Assembly: GCF_964355755.1 (NCBI RefSeq)
Contig: NC_092676.1
Coordinates: 1,989,788-2,053,787, forward strand
Direction of reading: 5' to 3'
Source of the DNA: Antedon mediterranea
Lineage: Eukaryota > Animalia > Echinodermata
DNA: 64,000 nt
In this document: piece after piece, positions 1-12,048 of the stretch
How positions within the stretch are numbered: position 1 is the first letter of the stretch
How the letters are laid out: every line of letters begins with the position of its first letter
The notes under the pieces: generated by a model
Seen by the model: only the letters and a program-made list of their open reading frames with translations
Told to the model about the DNA's origin: nothing
Databases searched by the model: none
Made by a program: the position numbers and the translations under genes

Positions 1-1709
1 TATATCCAGTGCAATGGCGTCTATGTTGTTTTCAAACATGGTTTTCTGCCAATAGCATGATTGCATGTTGTAAGCCTAGGCCTATATATATAAAGTAAAT
101 CGATAAAAAGTTGTTTCTTATTTAAATTAATTGATGTACACATTCTTATATTATATATATTGGATATTTGTGTGACCATAAAGGCAGGATAGAAAACAGC
201 TCATCTATACTGTGTAAGTAGTCGAATAATCTTCTACCGTTCCAGATGATAACATAATTTATTGAATATACAATTAAATTGGTGGCATATGCTCATACAC
301 ATAAGAATATAAATAATAATAATAATTCAAAACGCATCGATGACTGAAAAGCCAATTCCATCCCCTACCGGTGTGTGGTCACACTTGAAATGCAGTAAAA
401 GTAACAAAATTAAAATACAAATTTATAAAAAGGAATTCAATAACTGAAATCGTTACATACGGTATATATTTATAAAGTGTCTGTAGTTAAAAGATTTCGT
501 TTTTCTCAAACTAATTTGAATATTATTGCTGGAAAGCGGATTTTGTTTCCCTTATTTCCGATAAGTTCTTAAAGTTAAGTTACACCACAAACAAGTATAG
601 TTTGATTAGTTATTCTATGTGACTTTTAATAATAACAACGTATAGTTAGGATTTATATTGCGATAATCACAAACCATACGTAAAAATCAAAGGGAACTTT
701 TAGACGTTAAAAACACCGAATTCGTTTCTTTACAATATCAATTGGTAGTTTGTAAAGGTAGTAAAGGCAGCAGTAGGACATTGACTTTTCTATATTTCGT
801 GTAAACTTTATTTGAGGAAAACTAATTGATCTTAATTTTTTTTTTTTTAAATTCTTAAGATTTTTTCACTGTATAATAATATCAAATGAAAACATTCTGT
901 TTGCTGCTGCACTTCATCTGAGGTTCAAAGGGAAAGGCATGCCAATTAACATTGGCATTGTGCACAGATGGCTTTATATTGTGTGGTACCCGCTTTGACA
1001 AAAATACAAATGATTTTGAACGCTACGCAAATGATACCATGACCCGTAGCATTTTTTTCTTTTTACGAAAAACAGAAATGTAAACTACTAAAAATAAGAT
1101 AGATTCAGAATTTCAATCCAACGAAACAAAACAAAGATGTGACTTGACAACAGTTTATTTCACCTTTGTTCACGGACTATAGTTATTTTGATTTTAAATT
1201 AAATAACTCGGAAACTTGACATTGAAGTTAAGTGTAATCCAGTACCGTACGGTACTTATTTAGTATTAAGATAATATATAATATAATATGAAACATATAA
1301 ATGGACAATAACAAAGTAGAATGAAAATCAAACAAACATTTCAATGAACTGTAAAACCAATAAGAAAAACCGTATTTATCTTAATACAAAGGAGACTACT
1401 TTTTTCATTGTTAAAATGAGTATAGCAAAGCATTTAATGAATAGGCAAACTGCCTTAAAATGTGACATGTTTCGAGAAACTATTCTTGTCATCAGAAGAA
1501 CAGAAAACAACGACTAAAGTATACTTATATACCAATAGGACAGGCTGTATGTAAATAAGAAAGTAATTAGCATGATAAAACAACAAGGATCATTTAAAAA
1601 CAATTTATTTACATAATTGGAAAATTATGACAATAAACAAAGTAAAATAGAATAGATATTAGTAAAACTGTATTCAGAATAAAAAAATATATCCAACGAT
1701 ACCGAACAG

Positions 1710-2045
1710 TACAGTATTTTGGTGAAATTGCATTTTGACCTTTTGACCTTTATTGGTCACGTGATTTGTTTTATTTCGCAATTACTACGTAACTATGCAT
1801 TTATTGATATGGGTGTAATGGAATAAAATAATCAGTATTACATTCCCTTTCCAATGATACCATGGATGACCAACTTTAGTGTTGAACGTCGGCCATTTTG
1901 AAATACAAAATGGCGGCTGAAGGAGTGGTCGAAAAAAATTGCACCTAATTTTTTTGGATTCAGCATCTCAAGAATAACAAAGTTAGCTGAAAAAATCTAT
2001 TTTGGCACAAATATCGAGCTGGAAGACATAATAACCCGTACTAAT
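1710..2045. mobile_element. Probable DNA-transposon fragment (unclassified)
   Basis: Sequence contains motifs common in invertebrate non-autonomous DNA elements (ttttgaccttttgacc, ggccattttgaa..caaaatggcggc). It abuts the start of receptor-array-homologous sequence at about 2050. No partner terminus was found. Confidence 0.3.
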
Positions 2046-2496
2046 ACAGTAACATTGCTGTTTTTTTACATTACAGCATGCAAATATAATAGTTTTTTTA
2101 GTTGAATAACATTGTCAATTAGTCAAATTTATTATTGTCAAGTGTACATTACTGTAAAACCATTTTTTAAGTAAAAAAACTAATTAAAGATTGAAACAGC
2201 TTTATTTTGAGTTAAGACAAGTAGTGTAAACAGATTTAAAATAAGTAGTTTTTAGAATAACGAAGACAGACAACAGTCAAGAAGAATTGAATAATATAAT
2301 AATCTATGATGATTTAATTATAAATTTATTTGGTATTTATATAGTCTTATTTCAATAGACTAGGGATATGTTTCAACATTACAAATACGTTAAAAATACA
2401 TCAAAGAATTTCTAATATTATAAAAACATCAATATCAAAATTTATGCAGTAACATAACTGTAACTACAATTAAAAATCACTTGAACTGATAATTAA

Positions 2497-3320
2497 TATT
2501 AAAGTCTAGAAAAACTATTGCACCTGGCTGATTGTTATTTTCTGTATATGACAATACATCTTCTACTAACCTAATATTCTCTCCTCCAAATCTCCCTTTG
2601 ACATAACCTTTCTGATCATATCCAATTATAGATCAAATTACAATTTGCATTCTATTGGAGAGAACATGAGCCATTACTACATCTACATTCATTAGTCTTA
2701 TAGGCCTCCAGTTTTCTAGTTTTTCTCTTTGTCCGCCTTAAAACAGTTGATTTATAATACCTAGTCTTTGTGAGCCGCCTAATCTTTTGCTAATATAGCA
2801 GTGATTCAAATCGTCACATAACATATCTTTAATATCAACCCAAAAATGTCTATAAAATTCAACACTCAAACCATCCGAACCTGGACTTTTGTTGAGTTTC
2901 ATTTTTTCTATAGCATTTGTAAGTTCTTCTACTGATATTAATCCTTCACATTTCACAGAGTTGTCATAAGAAAGTGTATTTATTTTAGTGTTTCTTACAT
3001 ACTTATTTATCCTACCCTGTGGAATTGTTTTACATGCATACAACTTTTCATAAAAGCTTACTTGTTCTTTTAATATTTCATCTTCATTTGATGTTTATTT
3101 TCCATTATTTTTTAATAGTTTTGTAATATGTTTCCTTTTTGGGTTTTTTTTTTCTAATCCTAGGAAAAATTTATAATTTTTTTCTCCTTTCTCAAACCAT
3201 TCAATCCTAGATCGAATTGTGGCGCCTTGCGCTTCTATTAGATATATATTTTCCAAGTCGTTTGATTTGCTTTTTAATGTGCTTTCTATCTTTATGTCAT
3301 ATGTATTGTCTAATTTAAAT
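2497..3320 (-). mobile_element. Degraded L1/Tx1-clade non-LTR retrotransposon ORF2 internal fragment
   Basis: ORFs 3095-3370 and 2738-3043 plus downstream frames give AQGATIRSRIEWFEKGEKN..FFLGLEK, EELTNAIEKMKLNKSPGSDGLSVEFY, ENWRPIRLMN, DQKGYVKGRFGGENIRLV and GAIVFLDF, typical of L1/Tx1 RT N-terminal motifs. It carries stops and frameshifts and is joined directly to the 3' end of receptor R1. Confidence 0.9.
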
Positions 3321-4613
3321 GTAAGTCTGTCTGTTCTCATTTCTTGCATTTTGTAACCTCTTCTTTTCAATCACAGTGTCAGAGCTGACATACAACTGCT
3401 CAGCTTGTTCTGCTGTTCTGTCATCAACTGAACAGTAAACCTCATTTTCTGCATTAATTTGCTGAACATCAGAAGTATCACCAACATTAATGGTATCATT
3501 ATTACTTTGATAGTGCACAACAGGTACAGGTGTGTTGTGATGTTGCTTCTTTTGTTGTTCATAATAACACACTACACATACCAGTAAAACTATCAATATA
3601 ATAATATTTGTTACCAGTATTATGGTTGTTGTATTAGGTTTCTGAGACTGTGTAGACATGTTGTCATTGGAGGTTTTGTCTTGATAGTTCCCTTGATATG
3701 TTGTCAGTCTGTGTGTTGGCAAGATGCCATCTTTGATTGTAAAAGCTATCTCATCAGATCTGTTCTGAACATCATTACTCACCAGACACTTAACAGTGTA
3801 GTCACCAGCTGGTAAATTAGTAAAGCATCTTTCATCAGTTTCATTGTAATACTGATACTGAGATTCCTCTCCATTCAAACTCCAATTATAAATTCTCTTG
3901 TCATCAGATCCACCTACTACATAGCACTTGAAGCAATTCTGGTTCACATCAACTTCAGGTGTTTCATATAACCTCTTAACCTCCACCATTAATTGAGGGT
4001 GAACCTGCAATATCAATGTGTAGCATCTAATAGTAATATGCATAGGATTTGTACGCTCTATTGAAACACAGTAGAAAAACATTCCCTGTCCAGAATGAAA
4101 ACCTTTTAAAGTCTGATTAACTCTAGTGTTGTCAGTATTTAGATTATGAAACTGTGTGATTTTGTGCTTTCCTTGGATCCATCCAATTGTGACATTGTAC
4201 TGGTTGGTTTCATATTTCTTGATCATGTCACATGAAATATTTACTTCTTGCCCTTCAATGATGTCTTTGATATCATCACAATAAAGTTTTACCAAGTTTG
4301 GTTTACGTTTACTCCATCTTACATCATCTGATGAGCGTTGCAAATACTGTAAATTATAATCATCTTGACATGCATATATTCCTTTTTGAGGCTCAAAAGA
4401 AATGAAAAGTGGACATTTTGTGGTGAATTCCTTTCCAATTAAACTAGTAACTGTGTCATTTTTACTTGATGGTGTAATCGTCACAAATGTCTTGAAGTCT
4501 GATTTGTAATAAAACATACTTTCAAATAGTACCAACTCTTTTGAAGTTCCATGTCTGAATATCAACAAGCAGGTCACCATTACAAAGATGATATTAAAGA
4601 ATTTCAAAGCCAT
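3315..4613 (-). CDS. Receptor R1: Ig-superfamily-like type-I membrane protein (432 aa); tail cut by the L1 fragment after 1 Tyr repeat
   Basis: Signal peptide MALKFFNIIFVMVTCLLIFRHG; Ig-like motifs VNISC..IGWIQG..FFYC and CFKC..YNWSL..GDYTVKC; TM IILVTNIIILIVLLVCVVCYY; tail EVYCSV plus LYVSSDTV; single uninterrupted ORF. Confidence 0.85.
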   Translation of the reverse strand: MALKFFNIIFVMVTCLLIFRHGTSKELVLFESMFYYKSDFKTFVTITPSSKNDTVTSLIGKEFTTKCPLFISFEPQKGIYACQDDYNLQYLQRSSDDVRWSKRKPNLVKLYCDDIKDIIEGQEVNISCDMIKKYETNQYNVTIGWIQGKHKITQFHNLNTDNTRVNQTLKGFHSGQGMFFYCVSIERTNPMHITIRCYTLILQVHPQLMVEVKRLYETPEVDVNQNCFKCYVVGGSDDKRIYNWSLNGEESQYQYYNETDERCFTNLPAGDYTVKCLVSNDVQNRSDEIAFTIKDGILPTHRLTTYQGNYQDKTSNDNMSTQSQKPNTTTIILVTNIIILIVLLVCVVCYYEQQKKQHHNTPVPVVHYQSNNDTINVGDTSDVQQINAENEVYCSVDDRTAEQAEQLYVSSDTVIEKKRLQNARNENRQTYI

Positions 4614-4619
4614 CTTTAA

Positions 4620-5330
4620 AACCTCTGTCTTGATGCAGTTTATAAATAACCAACTTCTAAAGTCCAGACGTCGTCAGAGACGGAGTGTGTGTGTATTATA
4701 GTTTACGATATTCCAACAAGGAAGAATATACTTGGGGATATTTTGTAAAAGTTTTTTACAGGAAGTCTTTAAAAGAAAGTTTAAAGATAGAATATGATTT
4801 TTGCTACTTATATTGAAACTATAAAATTTGTACATTTTGTGCAATGAAAAATTGAACAAAAACAGCTTACTGGTACTGTACTGTACCTATTAATACTAGA
4901 AATGCGTCATCCCACCACCACAAACACAAATTAACCCCCGCTTTTAGCAACCACCTACTTTAATTTGATTATCAATATGCCTACTGAGTGTTTGGGTTTT
5001 AATAATGGTATATTAAGTAATTTAAGGAAGTACATTATAGAGATATTATAGGTTTCGCATTACAATATTTAAAACTAATTTGTTTAGATTGAATCCTGTA
5101 CGGAATTTTTAACGTTTGTATTGCATTATGTGAACTTATTGCTTTCCTTCTTGTTATATGATCTTGATTTAATGTTGTTTGTAGATTTTAACAATTTAGA
5201 AAAAAAAAGCAAAATACAAGTTTTCTGATATTCTGTTGCTAAATTATATTTATTTGTACATTTGAAGCAAAAAGTAACTTTGCTGTTCTTTACATCACAG
5301 CATGCAACTATAATAGTTTTGTTGTTGTTG
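4620..5330 (-). promoter_or_regulatory. Conserved upstream block of the receptor genes (putative promoter/5'UTR), representative copy
   Basis: A clearly homologous 600-700 bp non-coding block lies 5' of R1, R2 (8250-9050), R4 (15280-15960), R5 (17410-18060), R6 (23890-24620), R8 (29390-30110) and R10 (split by an LTR). It includes ACAGGAAGT at 4758-4766 and ACCACA at 4917-4922. Function is inferred from position only. Confidence 0.5.
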
Positions 5331-5630
5331 AATCACATTGTCAATTAGTCAAATTTATTATTGTCAAGTGTACAAAACATTTATAAGATTGAATGAGCTT
5401 TATTAGACAAATCTGTGTGATAGATGGCATGTAAATAGATTTAAAAGAAGTAGTTTTTAGAATAACGAAGACAGACAACAGTCAAGAAGAATTGAATAAT
5501 ATAATAATCTATGATGATTTAATTCGAAATTAATTATTTCACTAGATATATATGGGATATGTTCCAACATTACAAATGCATTCAAAATATACCAAATTTA
5601 TTACTAATGTTATACAAACATCAAACTTTT

Positions 5631-5752
5631 GCTCTGTCTAAACTATCAAAATAGTTTTGCTCAAATATGGTAGTGATATACCAAAATATGGCAATGATAT
5701 ATGACATCATCCTGTCCATATATGGGCACATTTTTTGTGTAGTGTAGACAGA
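5631..5752. mobile_element. Harbinger-like MITE (degenerate copy)
   Basis: gctctgtctaaactatcaaa...agtgtagacaga termini; same family as the copies in dynein introns (e.g. 53437-53575). Confidence 0.7.
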
Positions 5753-6756
5753 ATTTTTGTGTTTGAATTCAATGAAAACTTATTTTACTCTATCTATTTT
5801 TCAAGTGAAATGTTACCTATATTTATAGTCTATTATTTGATACAAAATATCACAACAAAATTAGCCCCCTTCTTCGAGCAACTGTCTTACTTTAATTAGA
5901 AAACCAATAATGTTTTCTAAACCACAAGAGATATTTTGTATTTTATTGTTTTTGTTATATATTAGTACATTTACATTAATAAGGATAGTATAGATAGATA
6001 ACTATTTTTTCATTTAATTATATTTAAACCTAAACTAATGTAATTCTTTACGTTGATTGCTGTACAAAAGTGTAACAACCGTTCCATTGCACCACTACTG
6101 ATATACCATGTACTATAAGGTTGTTTTTATTTTTATTTTATTTTATTTATTTTATTCAATCAAAACCAACAGCGATAAATACCGCCACTAACAGGTTTGA
6201 AACATAAAACAATACAACATCAAAAACGGTTGTTGGTTTCTGTTGTGTTAGATGATTAATTTGTTTCTGTTGTACTTTACATTTGATTCACAAGCAATCA
6301 AAAAACAAGATCATTATTCTGTTTATTCAACAGCAAGTGTGCAGGCTTTTATTTGTTTAAAGAATAATATGGCTAAAGAAACTAACTGTTTGGTTTTTGT
6401 GTGAACAAATTGTAACCTTGCCATTCTTCTAAAAATACTTATTTTATTTATTTATTCAAATTTCTGTCAAATAAAGGTAAAAACAAACTGATCTACAATT
6501 ACAACTTTCTACAAGAAATTGTCCAACTGCAAACATTTCGACATTGACAGACATTTTTTTAATAAGATAAATAATTATTTACTTACTTACTTAAATTTAA
6601 ATTGAGAATTTAACCGGGAATTGTTCCAAATGCAAATAAATGTGGAACGCAAGACTTCTTACTTTTAACATTACCAGTTCAACCAATGTGTGTTCAAAGA
6701 TATAAGCAAATTTTGCTTTCAATTATTCTTTTGTATTATTGGGACTCCAGTACAAA

Positions 6757-8247
6757 CTAATTTGGTGTTTCGTAATATTTATGCTCACCACTCTTTTTTC
6801 TTGCATTTTGTAACTTCTTGTTTTCCATCACAGTGTCAGAACTAACATAGTCAGTCTGTTCTGCTGTCTCTCCGTTCTCATTTCTTGCATTTTGTAACCT
6901 CTTGTTTTCAATCACAGTGTCAGAGCTAACATAATCAGTCTGTTCTGATGTCTCTCTGTTCTCTTTTCTTGCATTTTGTAACCTCTTCTTTTCAATCACA
7001 GTGTCTGAGCTAACATAGTCAGTCTGTTCTGCTGTCTGTCTGTTCTCATTTCTTGCATTTTGTAACCTCTTGTTTTCAATCACAGTGTCAGAGTTAACAT
7101 AGAACTGCTCAGCTTGTTCTGCTGTTTTGTCATCAACTGAACAGTAAACCTCGTCTCCTGCATTCATTTGCAGAACATCAGATGTATCATCGACACCAAT
7201 TATGTCATTGTTTCTTTGAAAGTGCACAACTGGTACAGGTGTGTTGTGATGTTTTCTCTTTTGTTGTTTATAATAACACACAACAAACACAAGTACAGCT
7301 ATCAATACGATGTTACTTGTTATCAGTATTATGGCTGAGGTTTTGTCTTGATAGTTCCCTTGATATGTTGTCATTCTGTCTGTTGGCAAGATGACATCTT
7401 TAATTGTGAATGTTAACTCATCAGATCTGTTCTGAACATCAGTACTCACCAGACACTTAACAGTGTAGTAACCAGCTGGTAAATTACTAAAGCATCTTTC
7501 ATCAGTTTTATTGTAATAATGATACTGAGATTCCTCTCCTCTCAAACTCCAGTTATAAATTGTTGTGTCGTGAGGTTTACCTTCTGCATAGCACTTGAAG
7601 CAATTCTGGTTCACATCGACTTCAGGTGTCTCATATAACCTTTTGACTTCTATCATTAATTTATGGTGAACAGTCAATGTCAATGTGTAGCAATTATTGA
7701 TATACCTAATTGAAGTACAGTAGACAAATATTCCCTCTCCAGAATGAAAACCTTCAAAAGTCTGAGTCACTGTAGTATTCTCAGTATCTGCATTATGATA
7801 CTGTGTAATGTGGCGCTTTCCTTGGATCCAACTTATTGTAACATTTGTTTTGATGTAATATTCGTTGATGATGTCACATGAAATGTTTACTTTTTCTCCT
7901 TCAATTATTGCTTTTATATTGTCACAATAAAGTTTTACATACCATGGTTGACTTATAAAACTTGTTACATTTGAAGAAGGAACCAAATAATATTGTAAAT
8001 CATCTTGACACATATGTATTCCATTTTTGGGATCAAAAGAAATGAATAGTTGGCAGTTGACATTTTTTCCAGTCAAATGAAAGGCTCTGTACTGTTTACT
8101 TGATGGTGTAATTGTCACTAGTTGCTTAGTGTATGATTTGTAATAAAACCTACTTTCAAATTGTACTAACTCCCTAGATGCTCCTCGTCTGAATATCAAT
8201 AACCATGTCACCATTACAAAGATGATATTAAGAAATTTCAAATTCAT
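6757..8247 (-). CDS. Receptor R2: intact Ig-like type-I membrane receptor (496 aa), 4 Tyr repeats, ends HKYYETPN
   Basis: Complete ORF with signal peptide, Ig-like domains, TM (AIILITSNIVLIAVLVFVVCYY), DEVYCSV, 4 x YV(N/S)SDTV repeats and a terminal YYETPN. Confidence 0.9.
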   Translation of the reverse strand: MNLKFLNIIFVMVTWLLIFRRGASRELVQFESRFYYKSYTKQLVTITPSSKQYRAFHLTGKNVNCQLFISFDPKNGIHMCQDDLQYYLVPSSNVTSFISQPWYVKLYCDNIKAIIEGEKVNISCDIINEYYIKTNVTISWIQGKRHITQYHNADTENTTVTQTFEGFHSGEGIFVYCTSIRYINNCYTLTLTVHHKLMIEVKRLYETPEVDVNQNCFKCYAEGKPHDTTIYNWSLRGEESQYHYYNKTDERCFSNLPAGYYTVKCLVSTDVQNRSDELTFTIKDVILPTDRMTTYQGNYQDKTSAIILITSNIVLIAVLVFVVCYYKQQKRKHHNTPVPVVHFQRNNDIIGVDDTSDVLQMNAGDEVYCSVDDKTAEQAEQFYVNSDTVIENKRLQNARNENRQTAEQTDYVSSDTVIEKKRLQNARKENRETSEQTDYVSSDTVIENKRLQNARNENGETAEQTDYVSSDTVMENKKLQNARKKSGEHKYYETPN

Positions 8248-9049
8248 CTTTAAAACCTCTTGATGCAGTTTATAATAACTAACTCCAAGTTCAGACGTCG
8301 TCAGAGACTGAGTGTGTTTGTAATAGTGTACAATATACCAATAAGAAAGAATATACTTGGGGGATTTTTGTGTAAAAGCAAGAAGTGTTTAAAGGGAAGT
8401 TTATACCAAGAAGATAGCATATGATTTTGGCTACTTACAATTACAGTATATTGAAACTAAAACATTTGTGCATTTTGTGAAATGAAAAAAAGAAAACAGC
8501 TTTATCTATTAATACTAGAAATGTGTCGTCCCATCACCAGAAACACAAAATAACTCCTGTCTTTTAGCAACCGCTTACTTTAATTTGATTATCAATATGC
8601 CTACTGATTGTTTGTGTTTTAATAATAGTACACATTAAGTAATTTAAGGAAGTACATTATAGAGATATTATAGGTTTCACATTACAATATTTAAAACTAA
8701 ATTGTTAAGATTAAATGCTGTACGAAAGTTTTAACATTTTTTTTTCCATAGTTGAAGGCTACTGCTCCACTGGCTATATAGCTGTTGCATTTTTTTTCTC
8801 TCTTTTGTTCAAACATTTTTTATTGCATTATGTGAACTTGTTGCTTTTCTTCTTGTTATACAGTATGATCTTGATTTAATCATGTTGTTTGTAGATTTAA
8901 ACAATTGACAAAAAAATAAAATACAAGTTTTCAATATTCTTTTGCTAAATTTTATTTATTTGTACAGACAATTTGCAGGCCTTTTATACATTTGAAGCAT
9001 AAAGTAACATTGCTGTTTTTTTACATCAGAGCATGTATACATACATCTA

Positions 9050-9340
9050 TACATTTTCATCACGTTCTGCTCTATTTGCATAGTAAGCCTCCTCTATCAC
9101 ATTTGTCTGTAGAACATCAGATGAATTCTCACCCACACTTGCACCACTGTTTCTTTGCTAGTACACAGCAGGTTGTGGTGTTGTCACGTTTATTCTTACA
9201 TTACAGCTCCACTACCCAATTTGATGCTACAATTGTTAAAGACAGTGGAAGGTATTTTGAATTGTACAAGATGTCTTGAAGCTCCTCTATGTCTGAATAT
9301 CAACAAGCAGATCACAAATAGATTAAAGGATTTCATCATT
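9050..9340 (-). pseudogene. Internally deleted receptor remnant (signal peptide joined to cytoplasmic relic)
   Basis: The reverse strand reads MMKSFNLFVICLLIFRHRGASRHLVQF and then jumps to degenerate juxtamembrane/tail-like sequence. A homologous remnant lies at about 30110-30590. Confidence 0.65.
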
Positions 9341-10050
9341 AAACCTCTCTCATTGATGCGGTTTGGTTAAATCTAACTATCAGTCCTAATGCGGCCTGAA
9401 ACTGTTATTTGTATTTATAAACTAATTTTATTTACATTTTATACAGAAAGTCTAGGTTTGTAATATCACAAGGAAGAATATATATTTAGTATTGCTAATA
9501 TACTTGAAAACAATAATGACTGTTTTCTATAAAGATTAAAAGCACAAAAACATCTTCTGTATTTGTTATTTTATTATAATTTTACATATTTTTGGTTTTT
9601 AGAATTGTTTTACTGTAACTTCCACAATCCTCCAATCAAATGATCCAATCTAAAATAATGATAATTTAATTCGAAATATAATTTTGTTGTTGCTATTATA
9701 GTCTTATTTCACTATAGGGATATGTTCCAATATTTAACAAATACACCACCAAAGCATTACTAATGTTATATGGTATTATAAAAACACCAAACAATATCAA
9801 ATTTATGCAGTACAGTACATAAAACACATTTTTATAATTAAAAATCACAAATTAATTTTCCCTGTGGTTTAGAAAGAGTTTGGAATTATGGCTATAATTG
9901 TATATATTACATTTTTTTTTCCAAATTGGTATTATTAATATTTAAATAATATTTATTAAAGATAAACAGTCTTCCCCTCTGATTGAGAACTTACTATATT
10001 TTATTTTATCTATTTTCCAATGAAATGTTACATACTGCCTATTATTTGAT

Positions 10051-12048
10051 TCAATCAGTGTCAGAGTTACCATAGTCAGTCTGTTCTGATGTCTCTCTGT
10101 TCTCATTGCTTGCATTTTGTAATCTCTTCTTTTCAATCACAGTGTCAGAGTTACCATAGTCAGTCTGTTCTGATGTCTCTCTGTTCTCATTTCTTGCATT
10201 TTGTAACCTCTTGTTTTCCATCACAGTGTCTGAGCTAACATAGTCAGTCTGTTCTGCTGTCTCTCTGTCCTCATTTCTTGCATTTTGTAACCTCTTCTTT
10301 TCAATTACAGTGTCTGAGCTAACATAATAGTCAGTCTGTTCTGCTGTCTCTCTGTTCTCATTTCTTGCATTTTGTAACCTCTTGTTTTCCATCACAGTGT
10401 CTGAGCTAACATAGTCAGTCTGTTCTGCTGTCTCTCTGTTCTCATTTCTTGCATTTTGTACCCTCTTCTTTTCAATCACAGTGTCAGAGCTAACATAGTC
10501 AGTCTGTTCTGATGTGTCTCTGTTCTCAATTCTTGCATTTTGTAACACCTTCTTTTCAATCACAGTGTCCGAGGTAACATAGTCAGTCTGTTCTGGTGTC
10601 TCTATGTCCTCATTTCTTGCATTTTGTAATCTCTTGTTTTCAATCACAGTGTCTGAGTTACCATAGTCAGTCTGTTCTGTTGTCTCTCTGTTCTCATTTC
10701 TTGCATTTTGTAGCCTCTTCTTTTCAATCAAAGTGTCAGAGCTAATATAGTCAGTCTGTTCTGCTGTCTCTCTGTTCTCATTTCTTGTGTTTTGTACAGT
10801 CTTTTCTTCAATCACAGTGTCAGAGCTAACATAAAATGCATTTTCAGCTTCTTCTGCTATATTATCATCAATCGTAAAGTAAATTTCTTCCTCTGCAATG
10901 GTTTGTGGTGTGTAAGAAATGTCATGCACACTAATTGTGTCATTGTTTCTTTGGTAGTTTACAACAGGTACAGGTGTGTTGTGATGTTTCTTATTCTGTT
11001 GTTCATAACAACACACAACACAAACTAGTAAAACTATTAGTATGGTGTTACTTGTTACCAGTATTATGGTTATTTTATTGGGCTTCTGATTTGTATTTGT
11101 AGCTATTGGCATGTTATCATTGGAGGTTATGTATTGGTTGTTGCCTTGGAGTGTTGTCATTCTCTCTGTTGCCATGACATCTTGAATTGTGAATGCTATC
11201 TCATCAGATCTGTTTTGAACATCAGTACTCACCAGACACTTAACAGTGTAGTTACCAGCTGGTAAATTACTAAAGCATCTTTCATCAGTTTCATTGTAAT
11301 ATTGATTCTTGAATTCCTCTCCTAGGCCTTTCAAACTCCAATTATAAATTGTTTGGTCACCAGATCCACCTTCTGCATAGCACTTGAAGCAATTCTTGTT
11401 CACATCAACTTCAGGTGTTGTATATAACCTCTTAACCTCTACCTTTAATTTAGGGTGAACCAGCAATATCAATGTGTAGCACCTTATGCTCCTATTGGGT
11501 GAGTAATAATATAAAATACAGTGGACAAATATTCCTTCTCCAGAATAAAAACCTTTAAAAGTCAGATTTATTGTAATGTCTGAATCTTCACTATGAAACT
11601 GTGTAATGTTGTGTTTTCCTTGGATCCAACCAATTGTTACTTCATATTGGTTAATGTTATATTTTCTGATGTCACATGAAATGTTTACTTCTTCTCCTTC
11701 AATGATGTCTTTTATATCTTCACAATCAGCTCTTACAAAGTCTGGTTGAGCTCTTCTCCATTGTATATCATCCGATGAAGGAAGCAAATATTGTAAATTA
11801 TCATCATCGTAACATGTGTATATTCCTTTTTGTTGTTGACCAAAGGAAATAAGAAGTGGGCATTTAATTGTGACGTCTCTTCCGTACAAATTATCCAAGT
11901 CCTGTAAACTTGATGGTGTAATTATCACAGGTAGCTCAGTGTATGATAGATAATAAAACTCTCTTTGAAATTGTACAAGATATCTTGAAGCTCCATGTCT
12001 GAATATCAATAAACAAGTCACCAAAAGATTAAGCAATTTTAAATTCAT
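10051..12048 (-). CDS. Receptor R3: intact Ig-like type-I membrane receptor (665 aa), 9 full plus 1 partial Tyr repeats
   Basis: Complete ORF; TM ITIILVTSNTILIVLLVCVVCCY; EEEIYFTI; repeat variants TDYVSS, TDYGNS, TDYISS, TDYVTS and TDYYVSS. Confidence 0.9.
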   Translation of the reverse strand: MNLKLLNLLVTCLLIFRHGASRYLVQFQREFYYLSYTELPVIITPSSLQDLDNLYGRDVTIKCPLLISFGQQQKGIYTCYDDDNLQYLLPSSDDIQWRRAQPDFVRADCEDIKDIIEGEEVNISCDIRKYNINQYEVTIGWIQGKHNITQFHSEDSDITINLTFKGFYSGEGIFVHCILYYYSPNRSIRCYTLILLVHPKLKVEVKRLYTTPEVDVNKNCFKCYAEGGSGDQTIYNWSLKGLGEEFKNQYYNETDERCFSNLPAGNYTVKCLVSTDVQNRSDEIAFTIQDVMATERMTTLQGNNQYITSNDNMPIATNTNQKPNKITIILVTSNTILIVLLVCVVCCYEQQNKKHHNTPVPVVNYQRNNDTISVHDISYTPQTIAEEEIYFTIDDNIAEEAENAFYVSSDTVIEEKTVQNTRNENRETAEQTDYISSDTLIEKKRLQNARNENRETTEQTDYGNSDTVIENKRLQNARNEDIETPEQTDYVTSDTVIEKKVLQNARIENRDTSEQTDYVSSDTVIEKKRVQNARNENRETAEQTDYVSSDTVMENKRLQNARNENRETAEQTDYYVSSDTVIEKKRLQNARNEDRETAEQTDYVSSDTVMENKRLQNARNENRETSEQTDYGNSDTVIEKKRLQNASNENRETSEQTDYGNSDTD

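Noticed and set aside
10051-10850. Tail repeats as canonical ITAM/ITIM/ITSM arrays
   Set aside because: TDYVSS lacks the +3 hydrophobic residue and the Tyr spacing of 28 aa does not fit an ITAM. They are reported only as Tyr-based repeats.
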